Made by a program: the position numbers and the translations under genes. From an uncultured Actinomycetes bacterium (lineage in GTDB: Bacteria > Actinomycetota > Acidimicrobiia > Spongiisociales > ZC4RG35): DNA of 64,000 nt. Below are positions 8,595 through 17,795 of this stretch, piece after piece (position 1 is the stretch's first letter; every line of letters starts with the position of its first letter). The notes below the pieces were generated by a model. That model made no database searches. It was not told the DNA's origin and was given only the letters and a program-made list of their open reading frames with translations. Location of the stretch: contig CALKIG010000047.1 of the NCBI GenBank assembly GCA_937989945.1, forward strand, positions 14,637-78,636. Reading direction: 5' to 3'.

Positions 8595-9641
8595 CTATGA
8601 GATGTGCCCCGCTACCGCTTCGACGATCGCCTCGGCTGCCTTGCCTTCGCCGTAGGGATTACCTCTGTCGCCCTCCGGCATCCGGATGACCAGTTCTGCA
8701 AGGCGACTCAGCTCTGAGCCCGCAAGCACGTTCCAACCGCCCTCGAGAGTTTCTGGCCATTCGGTCTCGTCACGAAGCGTCGTGCACCGAGTTCCGAGAA
8801 TGAAGGCCTCCTTCTGCAAGCCACCTGAGTCAGTGATCAGCCCCTCGCTATCGCTGACGACCTTGAGCATCTTGGAGTACGGCAAGGGGTCGCGCACGAA
8901 GACATTCGCAGGAACCGGCACCTGGTGGCGATCGAGGTAACCAGCCAACCTGGGGTGAGCCAAGAGATGAACCGGCGAGCCGATCTCTCCCAATGCGGAC
9001 ATTATCGAGCCGAGTCTCTCCGGGTCGTCGGTGTTTGATGGCCGGTGAATGGTTGCCACGTGGTATTCGCCTCGGGCCCATTCCGGTTGTGCAACATCGT
9101 CGAGGTTGACGGAGATCAAGGCGTCGACCATCACATCCCCGGTCAGGGTCGATCGGTCCGACAAGCCTTCGTTTCCGAGATGCGCCATGGCCAGTTCTGT
9201 TGGAGCTAGAAGCAAGTCGCTCAGATGGTCGGTTGCGACGCGATTGAGTTCCTCCGGCATCTCGCGGTTGAACGAACGCAAGCCTGCTTCGACGTGCGCT
9301 GTGAACACATGTAGCTTGGTCGCCGCAAGGGCGGCTGCCACGGTCGAGTTGGTATCTCCATAGGTGAGAACCGCATCCGGACGCCGATCGAGGATGAGGT
9401 CTTCGATTCCTTCGAGCATCCTTGCCGTCTGTGCACCATGCCTGTCTGAGCCGACGCCGAGATTCACGTCAGGGTCTCGAAGGCCAACGTCTCTCATGAT
9501 GGCGTCGGACATGAGGTCGTCGTAATGCTGACCCGTGTGGACGAGGGTCTCGTCGATACCCGCTCGCTGCAAGGCTCGGCTCACCGGTCCTGCCTTGATG
9601 AATTGGGGGCGAGCTCCTACGACGTTCATGACTGACGGCAT
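8595..9641 (-). CDS. wecB: UDP-N-acetylglucosamine 2-epimerase, non-hydrolysing (WecB/MnaA/WbpI family).
   Basis: N-terminal VVGARPQFIK and the HVEAGLRSFN...PEELNR motif typical of the family. It is the first gene of the minus-strand operon. Confidence 0.8.
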   Translation of the reverse strand: MPSVMNVVGARPQFIKAGPVSRALQRAGIDETLVHTGQHYDDLMSDAIMRDVGLRDPDVNLGVGSDRHGAQTARMLEGIEDLILDRRPDAVLTYGDTNSTVAAALAATKLHVFTAHVEAGLRSFNREMPEELNRVATDHLSDLLLAPTELAMAHLGNEGLSDRSTLTGDVMVDALISVNLDDVAQPEWARGEYHVATIHRPSNTDDPERLGSIMSALGEIGSPVHLLAHPRLAGYLDRHQVPVPANVFVRDPLPYSKMLKVVSDSEGLITDSGGLQKEAFILGTRCTTLRDETEWPETLEGGWNVLAGSELSRLAELVIRMPEGDRGNPYGEGKAAEAIVEAVAGHIS

Positions 9642-9774
9642 CCCGGCAATCTATTTCCGCCCGGCTGACTCGCCAAGTTTTGCAACCTAGGGTTCACTGT
9701 CACACATTGGCGGTGCTCTACCGGTATCCTCCGGCTGCCGACCAGGCTTCGTCGCCTACGATCCAGGTGAGCCA
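9642..9774. promoter_or_regulatory. Divergent intergenic region that probably holds promoters for the wecB-ABC-GT operon (minus strand) and the wbpDEBA-like operon (plus strand).
   Basis: 133-nt non-coding gap between the divergently oriented first genes of two multi-gene operons. I could not pick out specific -35/-10 boxes with confidence. Confidence 0.3.
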
Positions 9775-10353
9775 ATGAGGGCCGACACAGCAGATATCGA
9801 CACGCGCGCCCAGGTCGCCGACTCTGCGCGCATATGGCATCTCGCCCAGGTACGGGAAGGTGCCGTCGTCGGCGAGAATTGCATCGTCGGCCGAGGCGCG
9901 TACATCGACGCCGGCGTAGAAGTCGGCGACAACTGCAAGATTCAAAACAACGCACTCATTTACGCTCCGGCGGTACTCGAGGACGGTGTCTTTGTGGGGC
10001 CTGCTGTCGTCTTTACCAACGACACTTTTCCTCGGGCCATAAATCCGGATGGGTCTCTCAAGGCCGCCGCCGATTGGGAGGCGAGAGGCGTCACGGTGCG
10101 CCGCGGTGCCGCGATCGGGGCCCGCTCTGTGGTACTCGGCGGCGTTGAGGTGGGAGAGTGGTCGCTCGTTGCTGCCGGCTCGGTAGTCACCAAAGACGTT
10201 CCCGCACATGCTCTCGTGCGAGGTGTGCCGGCGCGGCAGGTGGCATGGGTTGGGTTCAGCGGACGCGTCCTCGAAGTCGATGGCAGCGATTTGGTCGACC
10301 CTGCTGACGGCACGAGGTTCTTTGAGAATGGAGAGAGGTTGAGCAAGAGATGA
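9775..10353 (+). CDS. Left-handed beta-helix (hexapeptide-repeat) sugar N-acetyltransferase, WbpD/WlbB-like.
   Basis: Hexapeptide repeats (NCIVGRGAYIDAGVEVGDNCKIQNNALI). It is translationally coupled (ATGA) to the downstream aminotransferase. Confidence 0.75.
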   Translation: MRADTADIDTRAQVADSARIWHLAQVREGAVVGENCIVGRGAYIDAGVEVGDNCKIQNNALIYAPAVLEDGVFVGPAVVFTNDTFPRAINPDGSLKAAADWEARGVTVRRGAAIGARSVVLGGVEVGEWSLVAAGSVVTKDVPAHALVRGVPARQVAWVGFSGRVLEVDGSDLVDPADGTRFFENGERLSKR

Positions 10354-11417
10354 TCATTCTGTCCAAGCCGTCGATCGGCCAAGAGGAGATCGATGCGGTG
10401 ACCGAGGTCTTGCGGAGTGGCATGCTCGCCGGGGGAAGGAGGGTGATCGAGTTCGAGTCTCGCTTCGCCGACATGGTCGGGGTGGCTCATGGCGTTGCGC
10501 TGGGAAGCGGCACCGCGGCTCTCCACATCGGGCTTCTTGCGGCTGGAATAGGCCCCGGTGACGAGGTCATCGTGCCGTCCTTCACCTTCGCTGCTACAGG
10601 CAACTCCGTCCGAATGGTGGGGGCGGAGCCGGTTTTCGTCGATGTCGATCCGGTTGACTTCACGATTCATGCAGATGCGATCAAGCCTGCGATAACCGAC
10701 AAGACCCGGGCGGTGATGCCTGTCCACCTTTACGGGCAGATGGCTCCGACGGACGGGATCATCGAGCTTGCAGACACACACGGCATCGATGTCATCGAAG
10801 ATGCCGCACAGGCCCATCTCGCCAGAAGCGGAAGCCTCACGGCGGGCGCGGCAGGTCGGTTTGGGGCTTTTTCCTTCTACCCGACCAAGAACATGACCAC
10901 GGGCGAGGGTGGAATGATCACGACCGACGACACCGAATTGGCCGAACGGGCGAAGATGCTGCGCAACCAGGGGATGTCAGAGCGATACGTACATCCGATG
11001 GTTGGGCTCAACGAGAGAATGACGGAGATCGAGGGGGCAATCGGACTCGTCCAGCTCGGCAAGGTGGAGGAGTGGACCGACCGACGACGCGAAATCGCGT
11101 CGACTTACGATGACAGGCTCGACCCGGCCCTGGGCCTCCCGACGGAGCGTGCCGACGCCTACCACGTCTATCACCAATACACGCTGTGCCCGCCCGATCG
11201 GAAACCGATCGCTGCAGCTCTCGAAAACGCCGGGATCGGCTTTGGCGTCTACTACCCGGCAGGAACGCACGAGCAGGCACCCTACCGCGGTCCTGACTAC
11301 CAGCTGCCGGTGACCGAGGATCTCGCCCGCCGGGTGATTTCGATCCCGGTTCGACAAGATCTCACCGATTCCGAGATCGACCTGATCGTCGAGACCCTGA
11401 ACGCCGCGGTGGCATGA
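10350..11417 (+). CDS. DegT/DnrJ/EryC1/StrS-family PLP-dependent sugar aminotransferase, WbpE-like.
   Basis: Family motifs FSFYPTKNMTTGEGGMITTDD and the Lys-containing region. ATGA overlaps on both sides. Confidence 0.85.
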   Translation: MIILSKPSIGQEEIDAVTEVLRSGMLAGGRRVIEFESRFADMVGVAHGVALGSGTAALHIGLLAAGIGPGDEVIVPSFTFAATGNSVRMVGAEPVFVDVDPVDFTIHADAIKPAITDKTRAVMPVHLYGQMAPTDGIIELADTHGIDVIEDAAQAHLARSGSLTAGAAGRFGAFSFYPTKNMTTGEGGMITTDDTELAERAKMLRNQGMSERYVHPMVGLNERMTEIEGAIGLVQLGKVEEWTDRRREIASTYDDRLDPALGLPTERADAYHVYHQYTLCPPDRKPIAAALENAGIGFGVYYPAGTHEQAPYRGPDYQLPVTEDLARRVISIPVRQDLTDSEIDLIVETLNAAVA

Positions 11418-12379
11418 TGCGTTTCGGTCTTGTTGGTCTTGGTCAGATGGGTCGTCACCATGCCCGGATCCTCTCGACGTCTGATGACGTCGAATTCGTA
11501 GGGGCTGTCGATCCGATGGGCGATCGCCACAATGCGATGCGGTCGGGTGAGGTCTTCGAGACGGTGGATCAGCTCCTCGAACGTGGGCTCGACTGCGCCG
11601 TCGTGGCAGTGCCAACGGCTCAGCACCACGAAGTGGCCATGAGGTTCGCCGCCGAAGGCATTCACACTCTCATTGAGAAGCCGCTCGCAGAGTCTGTGGC
11701 CTCGGCCAAGGAGATCAGCAGCGCATTTGCCCACAGCGGACTGCTCGGCGCCGTAGGCCATGTGGAGCGTTTCAACTCAGGTCTTCAGGAGATGAAGAGG
11801 AGGCTTGCCGGCGGTCAACTGGGTCGGGTCATTTCCATCGCCACCGAGCGCGTCGGTCCTTTCCCCAAGCGAATCAGCGATGTCGGAGTAGTAAAAGACC
11901 TTGCCACACACGACATCGATATCGTGACATGGATCGGGGGTGCCCCGTTTGCGACGGTCTCAGGTCAAACCGCGCACAAGATGGGGCGTCCACATGAGGA
12001 CCTGGTCGTCGCAACCGGTCGTCTCGAAAACGACGTGGTCGCCTCGATGACGGTCAATTGGCTGAGCCCGGTCAAGAAGCGGAACGTCACGGTCCTCGGT
12101 GAGAAGGGGGCCTTTGTTGCTGACCTCCTCACCGGAGAGCTCAAATTTCATTCGAATGCCGAGGTAGTGGACAGTGAGTGGGATCAGCTTGCGATCATGC
12201 GCGGCGTCAGTGAGGGCGACACCATCGTCTACGCCTTTCCGAAACGAGAGCCACTTCAGGTCGAGCACGAGGCCTTTCGCGAGGCTCTGGACAAGGGTCA
12301 CGCCGAAGGGGTCGTGACGCTCGATGAGGGAGTTGCGATTCTTGAGGTGGCTCAGGCGATAATCGGAGACGCGAAATGA
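11414..12379 (+). CDS. Gfo/Idh/MocA-family NAD-dependent sugar oxidoreductase, WbpB-like.
   Basis: N-terminal Rossmann motif GLVGLGQMGRHH and the EKPLA motif. It is coupled to its neighbours. Confidence 0.8.
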   Translation: MMRFGLVGLGQMGRHHARILSTSDDVEFVGAVDPMGDRHNAMRSGEVFETVDQLLERGLDCAVVAVPTAQHHEVAMRFAAEGIHTLIEKPLAESVASAKEISSAFAHSGLLGAVGHVERFNSGLQEMKRRLAGGQLGRVISIATERVGPFPKRISDVGVVKDLATHDIDIVTWIGGAPFATVSGQTAHKMGRPHEDLVVATGRLENDVVASMTVNWLSPVKKRNVTVLGEKGAFVADLLTGELKFHSNAEVVDSEWDQLAIMRGVSEGDTIVYAFPKREPLQVEHEAFREALDKGHAEGVVTLDEGVAILEVAQAIIGDAK

Positions 12380-13680
12380 ACGTCTCAGTAATTGCACTTG
12401 GCAAGATCGGGCTGCCACTTGCGGTGCAGATTGCGTCGAAAGGCCACCACGTATTGGGTGCCGACATCTCGCCAAAGACCGTGGCTCTGGTGAATTCAGG
12501 TGAGGTCCCGTTCCCTGGAGAAGCTGATCTCGACACCAGGCTGTCTCAGGTCGTGGACAACGGGTTCCTGGTCGCGACCACCGACACAGTCGAGGCGGTC
12601 TCTCAGTCCGAGGCCGTTGTGGTCGTCGTCCCCCTGATGACCGATGAGAACGGCGAGCCCGACTTCGGTGCCATGGATGCAGCCACTAAAAGCATCGCGG
12701 CCGGGCTGAAGCCTGGGACCCTCGTCTCATATGAGACGACTCTGCCTGTCGGGACGACACGCGATCGGTTCGGCCCGGCACTGGAGCAGCACTCAGGTCT
12801 CGAAGCAGGGCGTGACTTCTACCTGGTGCACTCACCGGAACGCGTTTTCAGCGGCCGGATATTTGCCGACCTGAGAAGGTACCCCAAGCTCGTCGGGGGA
12901 ATCGACGAGGAGTCCACCAAACGTGGCGTCGAGTTCTATGAGGCGATCCTCGACTTCGACGACCGGCCGGACCTCGTGCGAAGGAACGGTGTTTGGGCGA
13001 TGAACTCCGCCGAGGCAGCCGAGCTGGCGAAGCTTGCTGAGACGACATACCGCGATGTCAACATCGCTTTGGCCAACGAGTTCGCCCGGTTTGCGGAGTC
13101 GGCCGGCATCGACATCGGTGATGTCATCGAGGCCTCCAACAGTCAACCTTTCTCTCACATTCACCGACCGGGAGTGGCAGTTGGCGGTCATTGCATTCCG
13201 GTTTACCCGAGGTTCTACCTGGCTGGTGATGAAAACGCGCGTCTCGTGGAAACGGCTCGAGAGGTCAACCTCGACGTGCCGAGACGTGTTGTCGAGAGCG
13301 TTGCCAAAGAGCTGGGCGGCCTCGACGGAAGCCGTGTTCTGGTGCTTGGAGCGGCCTATAGAGGTGGTGTCAAAGAGACTGCCTACTCAGGCGTCTTCCC
13401 TCTCGTCGCGGAGATCAAGGGTAGTGGTGGGGTGCCAATGGTCTCGGATCCCCTCTACACAGATGAAGAGCTCTCGGCACTGGGTCTGGAGTCGTGGGAC
13501 GGCGAAGAGATCGACGCCGTGATCGTTCAAACCGACCATGCGGATTATGGGAGTTTGGTCGCTGACGACCTGCCCGGAGCGAGGATTGTCTATGACGGAA
13601 GAGGGATCCTCGACCCCGCTCATTTCGGGGACGAGTCGCCACGTCTGCGAGTCATCGGACGGGGAGCAAACACACGTTGA
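12376..13680 (+). CDS. UDP-N-acetyl-D-hexosamine 6-dehydrogenase (UDP-glucose/GDP-mannose dehydrogenase family; WbpA/WecC-like).
   Basis: N-terminal NAD-binding VIALGKIGLPLAV and a catalytic-Cys region (GGHCIPVYP). It is the last gene of the coupled four-gene operon. Confidence 0.85.
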   Translation: MNVSVIALGKIGLPLAVQIASKGHHVLGADISPKTVALVNSGEVPFPGEADLDTRLSQVVDNGFLVATTDTVEAVSQSEAVVVVVPLMTDENGEPDFGAMDAATKSIAAGLKPGTLVSYETTLPVGTTRDRFGPALEQHSGLEAGRDFYLVHSPERVFSGRIFADLRRYPKLVGGIDEESTKRGVEFYEAILDFDDRPDLVRRNGVWAMNSAEAAELAKLAETTYRDVNIALANEFARFAESAGIDIGDVIEASNSQPFSHIHRPGVAVGGHCIPVYPRFYLAGDENARLVETAREVNLDVPRRVVESVAKELGGLDGSRVLVLGAAYRGGVKETAYSGVFPLVAEIKGSGGVPMVSDPLYTDEELSALGLESWDGEEIDAVIVQTDHADYGSLVADDLPGARIVYDGRGILDPAHFGDESPRLRVIGRGANTR

Positions 13681-14666
13681 ACCGCCAGGTCAGGCCTGTG
13701 TCTTTCCCATTCCTCCTCGGCGAGTTGTCTCGAACGGGAACGTAGTTCTTCGGACCAGCTGCGATCGCCAGCGAGACGCTCCAAGACCGACCGTGCTTCA
13801 TTCATGTCACGCACGATCAAATCGCTTGATAGTTTCTCCAAGAACCGGCTCTGGCCGGGCAAGTCACTTCCAACCGGTGGAATTCCTGCGGCACAGTATT
13901 CCCACAGCTTTGTGGCGACTGCCTCGCGATAGGCGGGAAGTGGCTGTAGGAGAGACAGGCCCGCCAACGCACCGCTGATCATTGTCCAGGCCTCGGCATG
14001 CGGACGACGGCCCGCTAGCTCGAGATTGTCGGGGGCAATCGACTCCATCCGTGATCTCACGTCAGCATCAACCCTCCCAACGATCAGAAAGCGGAAGTCC
14101 GGCATGCTCGCGGCAAGCTCGGCCATCGCCACAGCGCCCCGGGCGATCGTCACATCGCCGACGTAGGCGACCATTGCCGGGAGTGCCGGAGGGTGCTGTT
14201 CGAACTCCGACGGGTCGGGAATGTTCAGGACAACATTGGAGGTGCGCCCGGCGAGCTCCGGTGCGGCGACAAGGTTTGCGTGGGCAACCCGGCGAGCGAC
14301 GCGATCATTGAGCCAAGCAAAGGCGGCGACCAGGGGTTTCAGCAACGTTGGAATCCAATCCCTCCCCGAAGCGGCTCGTGCGTAGTCCTCATGTACGTCG
14401 ATCACCGTCCTCACTCCCCGGAAACGACCGATCAACGAGCCGACCACGAATAGTTCAGGATCGGGGAGAAGCACGGCATGTGCCCTTCGCCTCCAAATGA
14501 GACCGAACGCACTGATCGCGTTCCTGATGCGGCCAGTGCCGCCGTCCCCCATGAGCGCGATGATGCTGGCGTCCTGCCCGGCGTTCTTCAGATAAGCCAG
14601 GTGTCTGTTGAGCCTCGGATCGCCTTCCCAATGGGCTGTGGTCAGGATCAGGACGCTCTCACTCAT
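13620..14666 (-). CDS. Glycosyltransferase, GT4-like.
   Basis: C-terminal EAVATKLWEYCAAGIPPVGSD motif. The preferred start is MSESVLILT (14666); the ORF track extends to 14717. Confidence 0.65.
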   Translation of the reverse strand: MSESVLILTTAHWEGDPRLNRHLAYLKNAGQDASIIALMGDGGTGRIRNAISAFGLIWRRRAHAVLLPDPELFVVGSLIGRFRGVRTVIDVHEDYARAASGRDWIPTLLKPLVAAFAWLNDRVARRVAHANLVAAPELAGRTSNVVLNIPDPSEFEQHPPALPAMVAYVGDVTIARGAVAMAELAASMPDFRFLIVGRVDADVRSRMESIAPDNLELAGRRPHAEAWTMISGALAGLSLLQPLPAYREAVATKLWEYCAAGIPPVGSDLPGQSRFLEKLSSDLIVRDMNEARSVLERLAGDRSWSEELRSRSRQLAEEEWERHRPDLAVQRVFAPRPMTRRRGDSSPK

Positions 14667-15597
14667 CTTCAGCACCGTTGAGGAATCCGAGACCCCAGGC
14701 GAGATGCATGGTGGCAAGCGCTGGAATCGTCCCGAGGTTCGGACGGAGGCGCCTTGGCATCACCAGGACACCTACGAGCAGGGCAATCGGATACAAGGCC
14801 CACAACGTGAGTGCCCACGGCCAAACGATGGCGGCAAGAGCGCTGAGTACGAGGACCATCACCAAGAATGGGGGAGCGAGCTGGCGCCATCTAAGGCTGC
14901 CCGGGTGTCGGCGCATGAACTTCTTCTTTGCCTGTCCGTACTGGAAGTACTGCGACCAGAGCTCCTTCAGAGATCCACGTGGCTTGTATTGCACTTCGAG
15001 GCGGGGATCGAACCAGACGACACCACCCGCTTCGATGATGCGATGATTCAGCTCATAGTCCTGGGTGCGAACGAAGTCCTCGTCGTATCCCCCCACTTGC
15101 TCGAGCACCGCCCTGTCGAACACTCCCAGATAGACGGTCTCGACGGGCCCCTCTTCACCTCCCGTTCGGTAGCGCGCGTCGCCGGCTCCGAGTGGCGAAG
15201 ACATGGCTGCAGCGATCGCCCTCTCCCAAAACGTGTCTCCGGCAGGCACCTGCATTCCTCCGACGTTGGCGGCGCCGGTCCGCCTCATCGTCTCGACTGC
15301 CTTCGACACGTATTGGGTAGGAAGGATCGACTGTGCGTCACAACGAACGATGACGTCGCCGGTGGCCAGTGCAATTGCGAGGTTGAGGCCCGCCGGCGTC
15401 TTGCCAGATGGATTGTCGACGGTGATTGCCCCCTTATCGGCGGCGGCCCTCTTTGTGGCATCATCGCCGGCGGCCACAATGACTTCCAAGATGTGGGGGT
15501 AGTCCTGTCCCATGATCGACTCGATGGCCTTCCCGACCTGACTCTCTGCATTGAGCGCCGGCATGACGACCGATACAGATGGCTGGGATGCTTCCAT
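14659..15597 (-). CDS. Glycosyltransferase family 2 with C-terminal transmembrane helices.
   Basis: GT-A N-terminus VSVVMPALNAE, a DxD-like motif (GDVIVRCDAQ) and two C-terminal hydrophobic helices. Confidence 0.8.
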   Translation of the reverse strand: MEASQPSVSVVMPALNAESQVGKAIESIMGQDYPHILEVIVAAGDDATKRAAADKGAITVDNPSGKTPAGLNLAIALATGDVIVRCDAQSILPTQYVSKAVETMRRTGAANVGGMQVPAGDTFWERAIAAAMSSPLGAGDARYRTGGEEGPVETVYLGVFDRAVLEQVGGYDEDFVRTQDYELNHRIIEAGGVVWFDPRLEVQYKPRGSLKELWSQYFQYGQAKKKFMRRHPGSLRWRQLAPPFLVMVLVLSALAAIVWPWALTLWALYPIALLVGVLVMPRRLRPNLGTIPALATMHLAWGLGFLNGAEDE

Positions 15598-15618
15598 GGG
15601 AACATATGATGCCTCGTC

Positions 15619-16308
15619 GTGCCCTCTGATCTGACGACCATCGCCGATCCGGCGTTCATTCTCCTGGCCTGGAGCGCCGGGCTCGTGCTTGTCGTGTCTT
15701 TCGTTTCATTCGCACGGATCGTCGGACCCGGCTTCACATGGCTGGCTGCCGGCTTCTCTCTCCTGATAGCGCTTCCGGCGCTGTTTGCAGTCGGAGCATG
15801 GTGGGCGCGGGCGGGTGGTCTTGCCGTCGTGCTCGCCCTCGTATGGGCACGAAATCATGCGTTCGCAGGGCTACTCATGTTGGTCGGGGGGCTGGCTCTG
15901 GCGGTCGAAGGCTCGCTCCTTGCGGGGTCGCTCCCCACAGCTTCGGCGGCTTTGGCCTTGGGCGGGGTCACAGGCGAGATGGCGTTGGGTCATTGGTATC
16001 TGGTCGATCCCAGGCTTCCCCGGTGGGCGTTGAATGGCCTTGCTGCGACCGCAATCATCGGACTGATTGGAGACAGCCTGGTTCTGTGGCTGGGCGTCGG
16101 CTTCCCGTCGGGTGGAGGCCAGCTGGCGTATTGGGTCCTGGGCGCGACTTCCATCCTGTTGATGGCTGGGGTGTTGGGGTCGCTGCGATATCCGGCCTAT
16201 TCCGGGGTGATGGCTGCCACGGGTTTGTCTTATCTGGCCGTGCTGACCACCCTCGGTGTGATTTTCTTGGGGCGGGCCCTGGCGATTGGCTTGGGCCCAT
16301 TTGCCTGA
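15619..16308 (+). CDS. Polytopic membrane protein of unknown function.
   Basis: About six hydrophobic segments and no recognised motif. It lies between the GT2 gene and pepA. Confidence 0.5.
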   Translation: MPSDLTTIADPAFILLAWSAGLVLVVSFVSFARIVGPGFTWLAAGFSLLIALPALFAVGAWWARAGGLAVVLALVWARNHAFAGLLMLVGGLALAVEGSLLAGSLPTASAALALGGVTGEMALGHWYLVDPRLPRWALNGLAATAIIGLIGDSLVLWLGVGFPSGGGQLAYWVLGATSILLMAGVLGSLRYPAYSGVMAATGLSYLAVLTTLGVIFLGRALAIGLGPFA

Positions 16309-16311
16309 AGC

Positions 16312-17769
16312 GTGGTCCGAGGAGGGAGATTTCACATGGAAATGAAGGTGGTCGAGCACGACGTTGTGCCGGGGGGATCCACTGTGATCGCCGGCGTCCT
16401 GAGTGAGCTCAATCCGTTGCCAGGCTCTGAGACCGTGCTCGATTCCGTCGATGAGGCGCTCTTGAAGGCTTCCGGATTCGAGGGCAAGCCCGGTCAGGTG
16501 CTAACGCTTCCGAGGGGTGATGGAATCGCAGTCCTCGTTGGTATCGGGGACGAGGCAAGCTTTGAGTCGCTTCGCACTGCCGCCGGGAATGCGATCAGGG
16601 CGGTGAAGACGCCCGGTGCCATTTGTCTCCTGGCTCAAGCTCCGGTTGATGGGGCCACCCGCGCTGTGGCCGAGGGACTCGGGCTCGGGGCCTACCAATA
16701 TCGCAACTACAAGACCAAGTCGGACGACGAGTTGACGGTCGAGGTTGTCGAGATCCCCGGGGGGTCAGGGGAAGAGCTGGACAGAGCTCTGGCGGGAATC
16801 GATGCGACCAACCTCGCTCGGGACCTCACGAACACGCCTGCTGCAGATACCGCGCCCAGCGAGGTGGCTGCAGTTCTCGAGAGGGCGGCCGCAGACCTGC
16901 CGGTTGAAGTCGAGGTCTGGGACGAAGCCCGGATTCGCGAAGAGTCCCTTGGTGCGTTGCTGGGTGTCGCAGCCGGCTCGGACCGTCCTCCCGTTCTCGT
17001 CGTGATGTCTTACCAGCCGGAGTCTTCACACAAGCATCTCGGCCTGGTGGGCAAGGGGATCACGTTCGATTCTGGCGGGCTCTCTCTCAAGACTGCATCG
17101 TTGATGGAAGAGATGAAAGACGACATGACGGGGGCCGCCGTGGTTGGGGCTGCAACGATAGGCATTGCCCGTCTCGGCCTACCTGTTCGCGTCACGACGG
17201 TCATCCCGCTCACTGACAACGCTGTGGGCGGAAATGCGATGCGCCCCGGTGATGTGTTGCGCCCGGTTGCCGGACCAACAATCGAGGTCCTCAACACCGA
17301 CGCGGAAGGCCGGCTGATTCTCGCCGACGGGCTCGGTGTGGTTCGCCGTTATGAGCCGGACATGATCGTTGATGTCGCAACCTTGACCGGGGCCTCCAAG
17401 GTCGCTCTCGGCGAGAAAATCGCTGCCGTCTTTGGTTCTACGAGCAATGTTGCATCTCTCGTTCTCGAGGCCGCCTCCCGTGCCGGCGAGTTCTTCTGGG
17501 AGCTGCCCCTCTTCCGCCACTATCGAACGAACCTCGACTCGAACATCGCCGATATCAAGAACATCACAGGCGGCCGGTACGGTGGGGCGATAGCGGCTGC
17601 GCTCTTTCTCAGCGAATACGCCGGGGAAGGTGATTGGGCGCATCTCGACATCGCCGGCCCGGCTCGGTGGCGGGAGACGGCCGGCGAGCAAGTCAAGGGC
17701 GGTTCGGGCGTTGGGGTCCGTACGCTGATCGAGCTTGCTGCGACGCTTGGGGATCGCGCCCCCAAATAA
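16312..17769 (+). CDS. pepA: Leucyl aminopeptidase (M17 family).
   Basis: M17 signature NTDAEGRLILADGL and the GKGITFDSGG motif. The start may be the internal Met at 16336. Confidence 0.85.
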   Translation: MVRGGRFHMEMKVVEHDVVPGGSTVIAGVLSELNPLPGSETVLDSVDEALLKASGFEGKPGQVLTLPRGDGIAVLVGIGDEASFESLRTAAGNAIRAVKTPGAICLLAQAPVDGATRAVAEGLGLGAYQYRNYKTKSDDELTVEVVEIPGGSGEELDRALAGIDATNLARDLTNTPAADTAPSEVAAVLERAAADLPVEVEVWDEARIREESLGALLGVAAGSDRPPVLVVMSYQPESSHKHLGLVGKGITFDSGGLSLKTASLMEEMKDDMTGAAVVGAATIGIARLGLPVRVTTVIPLTDNAVGGNAMRPGDVLRPVAGPTIEVLNTDAEGRLILADGLGVVRRYEPDMIVDVATLTGASKVALGEKIAAVFGSTSNVASLVLEAASRAGEFFWELPLFRHYRTNLDSNIADIKNITGGRYGGAIAAALFLSEYAGEGDWAHLDIAGPARWRETAGEQVKGGSGVGVRTLIELAATLGDRAPK

Positions 17770-17795
17770 GCGTTCGGAGCCCTAGCATCTTCGTG

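Noticed and set aside
9960-10817. A 285-aa antisense ORF across the WbpD-like and WbpE-like genes.
   Set aside because: It is fully antisense to two strongly supported, motif-bearing genes, and its translation has a low-complexity composition.
17634-17795. Upstream extension of the phosphotransferase ORF that overlaps the pepA 3' end.
   Set aside because: It overlaps pepA by 136 nt in another frame. The hydrophobic N-terminus of the transferase begins at MRSRFLF (17796).
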